Shown here: positions 7,493 through 19,061 of the stretch, piece by piece
Position numbering within the stretch: the first letter of the stretch is position 1
Layout of the letters: every line of letters begins with the position of its first letter
DNA from: Polyangiales bacterium
GTDB lineage: Bacteria > Myxococcota_A > Polyangia > Polyangiales > Ga0077539
NCBI GenBank assembly: GCA_044229975.1
Contig: JBGARZ010000004.1
Location: 320,001-384,000, forward strand
Length of the DNA: 64,000 nt
Direction: 5' to 3'
Made by a program: the position numbers and the translations under genes
The notes under the pieces: model-generated
What the model saw: the letters and a program-made list of their open reading frames with translations, nothing else
Told to the model about the DNA's origin: nothing
Database searches by the model: none

Positions 7493-8809
7493 ATGGTCAG
7501 CACACCGCTTGATCCAGACCGCGCCGAGGCGGTCTTCGCTGATTTCAAGGGCGAGTACTCCCGTGAGCAGGCGACGCTCGAAGCGAGCCGCTGCCTCTAC
7601 TGCGCCGACGCGCCGTGCGTGAAGGCCTGCCCCACGCACATCGAGATCCCGCAGTTCATCCGCAAGATCGCGACGGGCAACGTGAAGGGCTCCGCCCGCA
7701 CCATCTTCGACGCCAACATCCTCGGGATGTCGTGCGCGCGGGTGTGCCCCGTCGAGACGCTCTGCGTCGGCGACTGCGTCTACAACCACATGCACAACCC
7801 GCCGATCCAGATCGGCAAGCTCCAGCGCTTCGCCACCGACGTGGCCTACCGCGAGGGCTGGCGCTTCTTCGAAGCCGGTCCCGACACCGGCAAGACCGTC
7901 GCGCTCCTCGGCGCCGGGCCCGCGAGCCTCGCGTGCGCCCACGAGCTGCGCCGCCGCGGCCACGGCTGCACCGTCTACGAGAAGCGACCCGTCGTGGGCG
8001 GCCTCAACTCCACCGGCGTCGCGCCGTACAAGATGAAGGCCGACCGCGCGGCCGACGAGGTCGACTGGGTGCTCGGCATCGGCGGCATCGAGATGGTCAC
8101 CGGCGTCGAGGTCGGCGCGCAGGTGTCCTTCGCCGAGCTCGAAGCCCGCCACGACGCGGTCTTCCTCGGCATGGGACTCGGCCCCGACACGCGGCTGCGC
8201 GTGCCCGGCGAAGACCTGCCGGGTGTTCATGGCGCGGTCGACTTCATCGAGCAGATGAAGCTCACCCGAATGGACCTCTCGGGTGTCCGTCACTGCGTGG
8301 TGGTGGGCGGCGGCAACACGGCGCTCGACGCGGTGCGCGAGGCGAAGGGCCTCGGCGTGAGCGAGGTGGTGATGCTCTACCGCGGCGACGAAGCGGCCAT
8401 GAGCGGCTACGCTCACGAGTGGGCTGCCGGCAAGCAGGAGGGCATTCGCGCAGAGTGGCGCGGCGTGGCCGTGGGCTTCGAGGCGGGCGCCGACGGGCGC
8501 GTGGCGCGAGTGCTCTGCCAGCGGCTCGACGACAAGCGGCAGCCCATCGCGGGTGAGACCTTCACGCTGGCCGCCGAGCTGGTGCTGGTGGCCATCGGGC
8601 AGTCGAAGCTCGGGGCGATGGTCGCGTCGCTGTCGGGCATCGTGGTGGACAAGGGGCGCGTGGTGACCGATGAGCGCGGCGCCACGGGGCGCAAAGGGTA
8701 TTTCGCGGGCGGCGATTGTCGCAACGGCGGCATGGAAGTGGTCAACGCGGCGGCCGAGGGGAAGGCCGCGGCGCTGGCCATCCACGCGTATCTGACGGGA
8801 GAAGTGTGA
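7493..8809 (+). CDS. preT: Dihydropyrimidine dehydrogenase, Fe-S/FAD subunit (GltD-like)
   Basis: RCLYCADAPCVKACP, GAGPA, VVGGGNTALD; TGATG overlap with preA. Confidence 0.9.
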   Translation: MVSTPLDPDRAEAVFADFKGEYSREQATLEASRCLYCADAPCVKACPTHIEIPQFIRKIATGNVKGSARTIFDANILGMSCARVCPVETLCVGDCVYNHMHNPPIQIGKLQRFATDVAYREGWRFFEAGPDTGKTVALLGAGPASLACAHELRRRGHGCTVYEKRPVVGGLNSTGVAPYKMKADRAADEVDWVLGIGGIEMVTGVEVGAQVSFAELEARHDAVFLGMGLGPDTRLRVPGEDLPGVHGAVDFIEQMKLTRMDLSGVRHCVVVGGGNTALDAVREAKGLGVSEVVMLYRGDEAAMSGYAHEWAAGKQEGIRAEWRGVAVGFEAGADGRVARVLCQRLDDKRQPIAGETFTLAAELVLVAIGQSKLGAMVASLSGIVVDKGRVVTDERGATGRKGYFAGGDCRNGGMEVVNAAAEGKAAALAIHAYLTGEV

Positions 8810-10080
8810 TGCCGGATTTGAGTTCGAATACGGGCGGGATTCGCTCGCCCAATCCCTTCTGGCTCGCGTCGGCGCCGCCGGCCAACTCGGGCGGTCAGGT
8901 GCAGCGGGCCTTCGATGCGGGGTGGGGCGGCGCGGTGTGGAAGACCCTCGGTCAGCCCATCCAGAACGTCTCCAGTCGCTTCGGCGCGCACCACATCCCC
9001 GGCACCAAAGCCATCGGCTTCAACAACATCGAGCTCATCACCGACCGCTCGCTGGAGATCAACTTCCGCGAGATCTACGAGACCAAGAAGAAGTATCCCA
9101 ACAACGCGGTGATCGTCTCGCTGATGGTGGAGACCCGCGAGGAGTGGAAGGACATCATCAAGCGCTCGATCGACACGGGCGCCGATGGGTTGGAGCTCAA
9201 CTTCGGCTGTCCGCACGGCATGTGCGAGCGCGGCATGGGTTCGGCGGTGGGGCAGGAGCCCAAGGTCAACGAGCAGATCACCTCGTGGGCGGTGGAGTAT
9301 TCGAGCATCCCGGTGCTGGTGAAGCTGACGCCCAACGTCTCGGACATCATCCCGCACGGGCTCGCGGCCAAGCGCGGCGGGGCGCACGGCGTGTCGCTCA
9401 TCAACACCATCAAGAGCATCATCTCGGTGGACATCGACCGCTTCGTGCCGGAGCCCCGCGTAGAGGGGTTGAGCACCAACGGCGGGTACTGCGGTCAGGC
9501 GGTGAAGCCCATCGCGATGCACATGCTGGCGGCGCTGGCCCGCGAGGAGCGCTTCCGTCTGCCCATCAGCGGCATCGGCGGCATCTCCAACTGGCGTGAC
9601 GCGGTGGAGTTCATTCTATTGGGGTCGAGCTCGGTGCAGGTGTGTACCGAGGTGATGCTGCGCGGCTTCCGCGTGGTGGAGGACATGATCGAGGGCCTGG
9701 AGGAGTACATGCGTACCCACAACTTCTCCAACCTCGACCAGATGATCGGGAAGGCCATTCCGCAGTACTCGGAGTGGGGCAACCTCAACCTCAACTACGA
9801 GACGGTGGCGAAGCTCGACCCGGAGCTTTGTATCGGTTGCAACAAGTGCATGATCGCTTGTGACGATGGGGCGCACCAGTGCATCCACCCCAACCCCAGC
9901 GGGGCGCGGGTGCCGGTGGTGGACGAGAGCGAGTGCGTGGGCTGCAACCTCTGCCAGATCGTGTGCCCGGTGGACGGGTGCATCACCATGGTGGAGGTCG
10001 ACAACGGCTTCGCGCCGTCGAGCTGGAACCAGTTTGTCGAAGAGGGAAGGGTGCTGCGGCCGAAGAAGGGCGCGCACTGA
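8809..10080 (+). CDS. preA: Dihydropyrimidine dehydrogenase, FMN subunit
   Basis: NPFWLASAPP, NNIELI, LELNFGCPHG, VKLTPN, C-terminal 2x[4Fe-4S]; start set to ATG 8809. Confidence 0.95.
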   Translation: MPDLSSNTGGIRSPNPFWLASAPPANSGGQVQRAFDAGWGGAVWKTLGQPIQNVSSRFGAHHIPGTKAIGFNNIELITDRSLEINFREIYETKKKYPNNAVIVSLMVETREEWKDIIKRSIDTGADGLELNFGCPHGMCERGMGSAVGQEPKVNEQITSWAVEYSSIPVLVKLTPNVSDIIPHGLAAKRGGAHGVSLINTIKSIISVDIDRFVPEPRVEGLSTNGGYCGQAVKPIAMHMLAALAREERFRLPISGIGGISNWRDAVEFILLGSSSVQVCTEVMLRGFRVVEDMIEGLEEYMRTHNFSNLDQMIGKAIPQYSEWGNLNLNYETVAKLDPELCIGCNKCMIACDDGAHQCIHPNPSGARVPVVDESECVGCNLCQIVCPVDGCITMVEVDNGFAPSSWNQFVEEGRVLRPKKGAH

Positions 10081-10108
10081 CGTACGGGCTACGCGGAGGA
10101 GTTCATCG

Positions 10109-10987
10109 ATGACGGCAAAGAGCAAGATCGTTCGCTGCGGGCTGATTCAGTGCAGCAACCCCATCAATGACGAGAGCCGCCCGGTGGCGGAGATCCAGAA
10201 GGCGATGTACGAGAAGCACATCCCCTTCATCGAAGACGCGGGCAAGCGGGGCGTGCAGATTCTCTGTCTGCAGGAGATCTTCAACGGGCCGTACTTCTGC
10301 CCGAGCCAGGATCCGCGGTGGTATGCGGCCACGGAGTCGGTGCCGGGGCCGACCACCGATGCGCTCGCGGAGTACGCGAAGAAGTATCAGATGGTCATCA
10401 TCGTCCCCGTGTACGAGAAGGAGATGGCGGGGGTGTTCTACAACACCGCGGCGGTCATCGACGCGGATGGGACGTACCTCGGCAAGTACCGCAAGCAGCA
10501 CATCCCGCAGGTGCGGCCGGGCTTCTACGAGAAGTTCTTCTTCAAGCCGGGCAACGGGGGTTATCCCGTGTTCGAGACCCGCTACGCCAAGATCGGGGTC
10601 TATATCTGTTATGACCGGCACTTCCCCGAGGGGGCGCGGTGCCTTGGGCTCAACGGCGCCGAGATCGTGTTCAACCCGTCGGCCACGGTGGCGGGGTTGT
10701 CCCAATACCTCTGGAAGATCGAGCAGCCCGCGCACGCGGTGGCCAACGGGTACTTCGTCGGCGCCATCAACCGCGTCGGCACCGAAGCGCCCTGGAACAT
10801 CGGGAAGTTCTACGGTTCGAGCTACTTCGTGAACCCGCGCGGCGAGACCATGGTGCAGGCGTCCGAGGACAACGACGAGCTGGTGGTGGCCGACCTCGAC
10901 CTCAACCTCATCGACGAGGTGCGGTCGACGTGGCAGTTCTTCCGCGACCGCCGGCCCGACGCCTACGACGAGATCGTGGAGTCGTAG
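10109..10987 (+). CDS. Nitrilase-family beta-ureidopropionase (N-carbamoyl-beta-alanine amidohydrolase)
   Basis: LQEIF, YRKQHIP, ICYDRHFPE (E-K-C triad); GGAGGAG RBS; operon context. Confidence 0.88.
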   Translation: MTAKSKIVRCGLIQCSNPINDESRPVAEIQKAMYEKHIPFIEDAGKRGVQILCLQEIFNGPYFCPSQDPRWYAATESVPGPTTDALAEYAKKYQMVIIVPVYEKEMAGVFYNTAAVIDADGTYLGKYRKQHIPQVRPGFYEKFFFKPGNGGYPVFETRYAKIGVYICYDRHFPEGARCLGLNGAEIVFNPSATVAGLSQYLWKIEQPAHAVANGYFVGAINRVGTEAPWNIGKFYGSSYFVNPRGETMVQASEDNDELVVADLDLNLIDEVRSTWQFFRDRRPDAYDEIVES

Positions 10988-11007
10988 AGAAGAGCTGTGT
11001 ATTCGCG

Positions 11008-11250
11008 TGCCGGGGTTCACCGTGCAGGCTCTGCGTCCACCGCGCTCGGTTCACCCCGGGCGATGGTAGGGGGTCACCCCATCGCTCCGCGATGGGGTTG
11101 CAACACTGGGGTCGCTTTGCAACCCATCGCTCTGCACACCAGTGCTCGTTCTCTCTGCAACCCCGTCGCGGAGCGATGGGGTGACCCCCTACCATTGCCC
11201 GGGGTGAACCGAGCGCGGTGGACGCAGAGCCTGCACGGTGAACTCCGGCA
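11008..11250. repeat. Long palindromic REPIN/MITE-like element, copy 1 (95-bp arms, 53-bp spacer)
   Basis: Arms 11008-11102 and 11156-11250 are reverse complements with 3 mismatches; homologous to 60563-60880. Confidence 0.92.
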
Positions 11251-11274
11251 CAACGGCCAGACGACATCGAATGA

Positions 11275-12765
<1,491 letters not shown>

Positions 12766-12898
12766 AACCCACGGCAGCCAAGAGAAAGTCCGCTCTGCGG
12801 ACTGCTCAATGCCGAGCACAGTGACCAGCCCGCCACGCGACAACGAATCAGACAATCATCCAACAACCAATAAACCGCATATCAACCAAGGATCTACC

Positions 12899-14389
12899 AT
12901 GGAGCTTCAATTCCCCGCGACGGGCTACGATTTCACCCCCTACGCGCCGGCCCTCAATTGGGTGGGCGGTTCATGGGCCGACGCCCAGCAGAAGCACGGC
13001 GAGCTCGAGATCATCAACCCCCGCCACGGCAAGGCGATGTCCCGCGTGGTGCTCTCCGGCGCCGCGGACGTCGACGCCGCGGTGCGCGCGGGCGAGGCCG
13101 CCTTCGCCACCTGGAAGGACTGGCCGCTGCGCGAGCGCGCCCACGTCTTCTACCGGCTGCGCGAGCTGATGGTGAAGAACATCGACGAGCTCGCGTGGCT
13201 CGTCTCGCACGAGAACGGCAAGATCTTCTCCGAGGCGCGCGCCGAGGTGGAGAAGGGCATCGAGTGCATCGAGTATGGCTGCTCGCTGCCCAACCTCGCC
13301 TCCGGCAACCAGCTCGAAGTGAGCCGCGGTGTCGCCTGTGAAGTGACCTATGAGCCGCTCGGGGTGGTGGCGGGCGTCACGCCGTTCAACTTCCCGTGCA
13401 TGGTGCCCTTCTGGATGCTCCCGCAGGCGATCGTGGGCGGCAATGCCTTCATCTTGAAGCCCAGCGAGCAGGTTCCGCTCTCGTCGATGCGCATCGCGGA
13501 GATGCTCAAGCTGTCGGGGCTGCCCGATGGTGTCTTCAACATCGTTCAGGGTGGTCGCGAGGTGGTGGAGGCGCTCTGCGACCATCCCCGTATCAAGGCA
13601 TTGGGCTTCGTCGGGTCAACGAAGGTGGCGAAGCTCGTCTACGGGCGGGCGTGCTCGACCGGCAAGCGCGCGCTCTGCCTCGGCGGCGCCAAGAACCATC
13701 TCATCGTCGTCCCCGATGCGGACATGGACCTTACGGCCGAGAACGTGATGGCGTCGTTTACGGGCTGCGCGGGTCAGCGCTGCATGGCGGCGAGCGTGCT
13801 GCTGGCGGTGGGCGAGGTCGACCACATCGTCGACGCGGTGGTGAAGCGCGCGGCGAAGATGAAGCTGGGCACCGAGATGGGCCCGGTGACGAGCCGCGAG
13901 GCGGCCGAGCGCATCACGCGCTACATCGACCAGGCCGAGAAGATGGGCGCCAGGGTGCTCATCGACGGCCGCGGCCAGCGCGCGACCGACGGCGGTTACT
14001 GGGTGGGCCCGACGGTGCTCGACGGCGTCACCATGGACATGCCCGCGTCGGCCGAGGAGATCTTCGGACCGGTGCTGTCGATCGTGCGCGTTCCGAATAT
14101 CGACAAGGCGCTGGAGATCGAGAACAACAACCCCTACGGCAACGCGGCGTCGGTCTACACGACCAGCGGCGACGTGGCGCGGCGCGTGATGGACAACGTC
14201 GAGGCCGGGATGTGCGGCGTGAACGTGGGCGTCCCCGTTCCCCGAGAGCCCTTCGGCTTCGGCGGGTGGAACGACTCGGCCTTCGGTCAGGGCAACCTGA
14301 CGGGCTGGGACGGGTATCGGTTCTGGACGCGCCAGCGCAAGATCACCAGCAAGTGGGCGCTCCAGAAGGACGCCACCTGGATGAGCTGA
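12899..14389 (+). CDS. mmsA: CoA-acylating (methyl)malonate-semialdehyde dehydrogenase
   Basis: TPFNFP, LKPSE, FVGST, GGAKNH, AGQRCMA, EEIFGPV, VNVGVPVP. Confidence 0.9.
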   Translation: MELQFPATGYDFTPYAPALNWVGGSWADAQQKHGELEIINPRHGKAMSRVVLSGAADVDAAVRAGEAAFATWKDWPLRERAHVFYRLRELMVKNIDELAWLVSHENGKIFSEARAEVEKGIECIEYGCSLPNLASGNQLEVSRGVACEVTYEPLGVVAGVTPFNFPCMVPFWMLPQAIVGGNAFILKPSEQVPLSSMRIAEMLKLSGLPDGVFNIVQGGREVVEALCDHPRIKALGFVGSTKVAKLVYGRACSTGKRALCLGGAKNHLIVVPDADMDLTAENVMASFTGCAGQRCMAASVLLAVGEVDHIVDAVVKRAAKMKLGTEMGPVTSREAAERITRYIDQAEKMGARVLIDGRGQRATDGGYWVGPTVLDGVTMDMPASAEEIFGPVLSIVRVPNIDKALEIENNNPYGNAASVYTTSGDVARRVMDNVEAGMCGVNVGVPVPREPFGFGGWNDSAFGQGNLTGWDGYRFWTRQRKITSKWALQKDATWMS

Positions 14390-14404
14390 AGGGTCATAGC
14401 AACC

Positions 14405-15724
14405 ATGGAATCAAAAGAGATGATCGAGGCGTGCCTGAAGCACAGCCTCTATTCGTGGTCGGCCAACGGGAAGGTCAACCCGCTGCCGGTGGCGCGCGCC
14501 GAGGGGTTGTACCTGTACACCCCTGAGGGCAAGGCCATCATGGACTTCAACAGCCAGCTCATGAGCGTCAACATCGGACACGGTCATCCCAAGGTGATCG
14601 AGGCGATGAAGAAGCAGATCGACACGCTGATCTTCTCGTACCCGGGGACGGCCACCGAGGTGCGCGCGCGGCTCTCGCTCAAGCTCGCCGAGATCGTCCC
14701 TGGTGATCTCAACATGTTCTTCTATGCGCTGGGCGGCGCCGAGGCCAACGAGAACGCCATCCGCGCGGCCCGGCAGTCCACCGGGCGCTTCAAGATCCTG
14801 AGCCGATATCGCAGCTACCACGGTGGTACCAACGCGATGCTCCAGCTCACGGGCGACCCGCGGCGCTGGGCCAACGAGCCGGGGATGCCCGGCGTGGTCC
14901 GCGTGATGGACCCGCACCCCTACACGTACCGCTTTGGCGACAACGAAGAGGAGGTCGTGGCCAACAACCTGACCTACCTCGAAGAGGTCATCATGTACGA
15001 GGGGCCGCAGACCATCGCCGCGATGGTCATCGAGACGGTCACCGGCAGCAACGGCATCCTGCCGCCGCCGAAGGGCTACCTCCAGGGGCTCCGCAAGCTG
15101 CTCGACAAGCATGGCATCCTGCTCATCTGCGATGAGGTCATGTGCGGCTGGGGGCGGACGGGCAAGCTCTTCGCCTTTGAGCATGGGGAGATCGTTCCCG
15201 ACATCGTGACGATGGCGAAGGGGCTGACGAGCAGCTACTTCCCGCTGGGCGTGATGGCGATGCGCGACAAGGTCGCCAACCACTTCAAGGACAACGTGTT
15301 CTGGGGGGGCTTAACGTACAACGCGCACCCGGTGGGGCTCGCGACGGCGCTCGCGGTCATCGAGGTGTTGGAGGAAGAGAAGCTCGTCGAAAACAGCGCC
15401 CGCATGGGCGAGGTGATGGGCGAACACATGCGGGCGCTCAAGGCGAAGCACCGCTCGGTGGGCGCCGTGCGCAACATCGGACTCTTCGGCATCGTCGAGG
15501 TGGTCAAGAACGCCAAGGGCGATCGCATCGCTCCCTACAACGGCGCGCACCCGGCGATGGCCGCGATGGCGAAGTTCATGCTCGATAACGGGTTGTTCAC
15601 GGTGTTTCGTTGGGACAACTTCATGTGCAACCCGCCGCTGTGCATCAATGAGGCGGAGCTGAAGAAGGCCTTCGACATCATCGATCGGGCGCTGGAGATC
15701 ACCGACGCCGTCTTCGAGGGGTAG
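14405..15724 (+). CDS. Class III PLP aminotransferase (probable beta-alanine transaminase)
   Basis: NIGHGHP, GAEANENA, SYHG, LLICDEVMCGWGRTG, PDIVTMAKGL; operon context. Confidence 0.87.
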   Translation: MESKEMIEACLKHSLYSWSANGKVNPLPVARAEGLYLYTPEGKAIMDFNSQLMSVNIGHGHPKVIEAMKKQIDTLIFSYPGTATEVRARLSLKLAEIVPGDLNMFFYALGGAEANENAIRAARQSTGRFKILSRYRSYHGGTNAMLQLTGDPRRWANEPGMPGVVRVMDPHPYTYRFGDNEEEVVANNLTYLEEVIMYEGPQTIAAMVIETVTGSNGILPPPKGYLQGLRKLLDKHGILLICDEVMCGWGRTGKLFAFEHGEIVPDIVTMAKGLTSSYFPLGVMAMRDKVANHFKDNVFWGGLTYNAHPVGLATALAVIEVLEEEKLVENSARMGEVMGEHMRALKAKHRSVGAVRNIGLFGIVEVVKNAKGDRIAPYNGAHPAMAAMAKFMLDNGLFTVFRWDNFMCNPPLCINEAELKKAFDIIDRALEITDAVFEG

Positions 15725-15726
15725 TC

Positions 15727-16701
15727 GTGACGGGGGGGATCGCCACCGTTCCGCTCACCAACCGGCGCAACCTCGTGCTGTCGCGAGGGCTCATCGCCGT
15801 GATGGTCGTGCTGGTCGTGCTGCTCGTGGTGACGCTGCTCGCCAGGGACAGCGGGCTGTCGCCGCGGGAGGTGCTGCTCATCGTGGCGGCCGTGAGCACG
15901 CCGTTGGTGGCGGCGCTGGTGTGGTCGGTGGTCGCGCGCTGGGGCGACTGCATCGAGCTGATGGCCGACCGCGCGGTGCGGTGGAAGCACTGGCGGGCGG
16001 AGGAGTTCTACTGGCGGGACATCGCGACGACGTGGGCGCGGCTGGGCGGCGACGGCGGGGTCTTCGGTCTGGAGGCGTTCGGTCTTCGCGTGGAGATGAA
16101 CGACAAGCGGACGTTTGCCGTGGAGGGCGTGACCCAGGGGGAGGCCGCGCCGCTCATGCGGGCGATCAACGAGGAGATGCTGGGTCGCTGGTTCGGGGTG
16201 CTGCGACAGGGCGGGGAAGTGGTGTGCCCGGACGCGGTGCGGTTTCCGTGGTTGCGGGCGACGTGGATGGCGGTGGTTGCCGTGTCGGCGCTGGTGAGGT
16301 TGTTCACCAGCGGCGAGGGCGCGGTGGTGGCCGTGGTGCGCGGCGCGCTGGTGGTCGCGAGCGTCTGGTGGGGGTCGTGGCGCGCGGTGCGGACCTGGCA
16401 TCGGGCGCGGAAGATCGGTGGCGTGCGGTTATCGGCAGTGGGCATCCGGGCGGTGAAGGAGACCGCGGAGGAGGCGCTGGTTGCGGCGCCCTATCGGGAT
16501 GCGTCGGCGACGGCGGGGTGGATCCCGTGGTCGATGGTGGAGAGCGCGTCGGTGGACGGTTACGGCATGGAGATTCGCTGCCGCGATCGGGCAGAGCCGC
16601 TGGTGCTGTCGAGCGGGACGGCGAACCTCCTGGTGGTGTACGAGCTCCTGCGGGTGATGCTGAGGGGCGAAGTGCTGACGGGGCCGCCGCGGCGGGACTG
16701 A
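15727..16701 (+). CDS. Hypothetical membrane protein
   Basis: Two pairs of TM helices, each followed by a beta-rich (possibly PH-like) domain. Confidence 0.65.
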   Translation: MTGGIATVPLTNRRNLVLSRGLIAVMVVLVVLLVVTLLARDSGLSPREVLLIVAAVSTPLVAALVWSVVARWGDCIELMADRAVRWKHWRAEEFYWRDIATTWARLGGDGGVFGLEAFGLRVEMNDKRTFAVEGVTQGEAAPLMRAINEEMLGRWFGVLRQGGEVVCPDAVRFPWLRATWMAVVAVSALVRLFTSGEGAVVAVVRGALVVASVWWGSWRAVRTWHRARKIGGVRLSAVGIRAVKETAEEALVAAPYRDASATAGWIPWSMVESASVDGYGMEIRCRDRAEPLVLSSGTANLLVVYELLRVMLRGEVLTGPPRRD

Positions 16702-16702
16702 G

Positions 16703-17467
16703 CTACGGGCAGGTCGACGGGTTGACGATGTGCCGCGAGGGGTCGGTACCGACGGCGGGCCGACCCGACTGGTCGTGCGCGACGACGACGTGGCAGACCT
16801 CGTCGGTCACGTTGCCAGCGCGGTCGGTGACGCGAACGCCGAGGGAGTACACGCGCCCGTCGCCGTTGCCCCGCCGCTCGGCGCGCACGGCCACGGCATC
16901 ACACCCCACAAACTGAACGTCCTCGGTGGTGTTGCCGTCGCCGGTGGTGTTGTCCGGTTCGTCGACCGAGGCCCAGGTGAACACCGCGCGCGGAGCCGCG
17001 TCGCAGGCGTCGCGCACCGTGACGCAGTCGGCCGGGTGGATGGTCTCCATGCGGTGGTTGGGTGGCCAGAGCGCGACCACGCGGGGCGTGACGACGGGAG
17101 CCACGCGGTCGACCACCACCACGGTCGCGGTGCACACGCTACGCGCGGGGTCGCTCGCCGCGTCGCGAACCACGACGGCGTTGGCGCCGAGCGCGAGGCC
17201 GTCGGGCGTCGCGGTGAGTCGCGCAGACGCGCACCAGCCGGGAGCTGATGCTTCGACGAACAACGGCGGGACGACCGCGCCGCATTCGAGGATCTGCTCG
17301 CCCTCGCAGAGGAGCGCGCCCGTCGGCGGCGGCGGCGCGCCGGGCTCGATGCAGGTGACCGTGATGGCCTGAGCGGTCGATGCGGGAGGCGCGGGGGCGT
17401 CGGCTCCGCAAGCGGCCAGCAGGCTGACGGCGAGGCACGGGATGAGGTGCTTGTGGAGTTGGATCAT
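16703..17467 (-). CDS. Lipoprotein with Ig/HYR-like Cys-containing domains
   Basis: Lipobox LLAAC; LWPPNH and RAERRGNGDGRVY motifs. Confidence 0.72.
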   Translation of the reverse strand: MIQLHKHLIPCLAVSLLAACGADAPAPPASTAQAITVTCIEPGAPPPPTGALLCEGEQILECGAVVPPLFVEASAPGWCASARLTATPDGLALGANAVVVRDAASDPARSVCTATVVVVDRVAPVVTPRVVALWPPNHRMETIHPADCVTVRDACDAAPRAVFTWASVDEPDNTTGDGNTTEDVQFVGCDAVAVRAERRGNGDGRVYSLGVRVTDRAGNVTDEVCHVVVAHDQSGRPAVGTDPSRHIVNPSTCP

Positions 17468-17574
17468 GGGAGCGCGAAGTAGCATGAAGCGTGCGCGGCG
17501 AGCGGCGTGGTCGGGTGGGGTTGAGGTTGTAGTGGCGCGTCACGGGTGGGGCTCGTTGCCTCAGGTGACGCGGC

Positions 17575-18039
17575 TCACGACTCCAGCACCTCCAGCGTCG
17601 CGAGCAGCGCCTCGTGCAGCGCCTTCATCGCCTTCGCGCCGAGGCGCGCCTCGATCTCCCCTTCGATCTCGCGCAGCACCCCGAGGCCCTGGTGGATGCC
17701 CTGGATGCCCTTCGGCGTGAAGCGCACCAGCTTCGCCCGCGCGTCTGCCGGGTCGGTCACGCAGGTCACCACGCCCATGGACTCCATCTCCGCCACGAGC
17801 TGACCCACCGCCTGCTTGGTCACGCCCAGCTTCGCCGCCAGCGCCGTCAGCCGAACGCCCTCCACCGTGATGTGCGGCAGCAGCTTCGTGTGCGCCGGCC
17901 GCAGCGTGGGTTTCCCTCGCGCGGCCTTCGCCACCCGCGCCAGCGCCCGCTCGTCCAGCAGCCGCGCGCACTTGAAGAGCAACTGCCCCACGCTCGCCCG
18001 CTTCGCCGACTCCAGCACCTCACGCTCCGTCTTGTTCAT
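17575..18039 (-). CDS. MarR family transcriptional regulator
   Basis: LAAKLGVTKQAVGQLV HTH; DPADARAKLVRFT wing. Confidence 0.92.
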   Translation of the reverse strand: MNKTEREVLESAKRASVGQLLFKCARLLDERALARVAKAARGKPTLRPAHTKLLPHITVEGVRLTALAAKLGVTKQAVGQLVAEMESMGVVTCVTDPADARAKLVRFTPKGIQGIHQGLGVLREIEGEIEARLGAKAMKALHEALLATLEVLES

Positions 18040-18042
18040 ATG

Positions 18043-18105
18043 GTCAACCTTACTTGACGAACCACCCGGAGAGCACCTAGAGATTGGTCAATGTAACTTT
18101 ACCAA
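18043..18105. promoter_or_regulatory. Two palindromic operator boxes between divergent marR and hydrolase genes
   Basis: GTCAA-N6-TTGAC (18043-18058) and TTGGTCAA-N6-TTTACCAA (18084-18105). Confidence 0.65.
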
Positions 18106-18119
18106 TGGAGGACACCACC

Positions 18120-19061
18120 ATGACGACCACCGCGCTCGCTCCCTCATCGCCCGCCTGGCTCGACCGCCGCGCGTACCCCTTCGACCACCATTTCGCCGCG
18201 CTCGCTGACGGGAAGATGCACTACGTCGACGAGGGCGACGGGCCTGTGGTGGTGTTCGTTCATGGGACGCCGACTTGGTCGTTTGAGTACCGGCACCTCG
18301 TCGAGGGGCTGCGCGCCACGCACCGCTGCATCGCGCCCGATCACCTGGGCTTCGGCCTCTCCGATCGGCCCACGGGGGCGTCGTACACGCCCGAGGCGCA
18401 CGCGGCGCGGCTGCGGGAGTTCGTCCGGTCGCTCGGGCTCAAGCGCTTCACGCTGGTGGTGCACGACTTCGGCGGTCCCATCGGGCTGCCGCTCGCGCTG
18501 GACGACGAGTTCGAGATCGAGCGCGTGGTGGTGCTCAACAGCTGGATGTGGAGCTTCGCCGACGACCCCGCGATGACCCGCCTGGCGCGCTTCGCGGGGA
18601 GTGCGGTCGGGCGGTGGATGTACCGCTGGCTCAACGCGTCGCTACGGATGATCGCGCCGAGCGCGTGGGGTGATCGTCGCAAGCTGACGCCGGCGATCCA
18701 GGGGCAGTACCTGGCGCCCTTCGTCGACCGCGACGCGCGCGGGCGGGTGCTGTGGGCGCTGGCGAAGGCGTTGAGCGGGTCGGCCGCGCACTACGACGGG
18801 TTGTGGTCGAAGCGCGAGCGCTTGGCTGCGAAGGAGGTGCTGCTGGTGTGGGGGATGAAGGACCCGACCTTCGGCGCGGCGGCGCTCGACCGCTGGACGA
18901 AGGCGCTGCCGCGGGCGCGGGTGGTGCGCGCGGAGGCGGCCGGGCACTGGCCCCACGAGGAAGAACCGGGCGCGGTGCTGGAGGCGCTACGGCGCTTCGT
19001 CGGCGCGCGCGAGTCTACGGAGGGGGATCGTTGGCCCCGAAGTCCCGCACCACCACGTTGA
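18120..19061 (+). CDS. Alpha/beta hydrolase (haloalkane dehalogenase/OleB-like)
   Basis: HGTPTWS, APDHLGFGLSD, VHDFGG, WGMKD, GHWPHEE; GGAGG RBS. Confidence 0.9.
   Translation: MTTTALAPSSPAWLDRRAYPFDHHFAALADGKMHYVDEGDGPVVVFVHGTPTWSFEYRHLVEGLRATHRCIAPDHLGFGLSDRPTGASYTPEAHAARLREFVRSLGLKRFTLVVHDFGGPIGLPLALDDEFEIERVVVLNSWMWSFADDPAMTRLARFAGSAVGRWMYRWLNASLRMIAPSAWGDRRKLTPAIQGQYLAPFVDRDARGRVLWALAKALSGSAAHYDGLWSKRERLAAKEVLLVWGMKDPTFGAAALDRWTKALPRARVVRAEAAGHWPHEEEPGAVLEALRRFVGARESTEGDRWPRSPAPPR

Noticed and set aside
6374..8785. 803-aa minus-strand ORF and similar long Arg/Pro-rich alternative-frame ORFs (e.g. 25168-27405, 43927-45981)
   Set aside because: They overlap well-supported genes on the other strand and show no motifs; expected from stop-codon scarcity.
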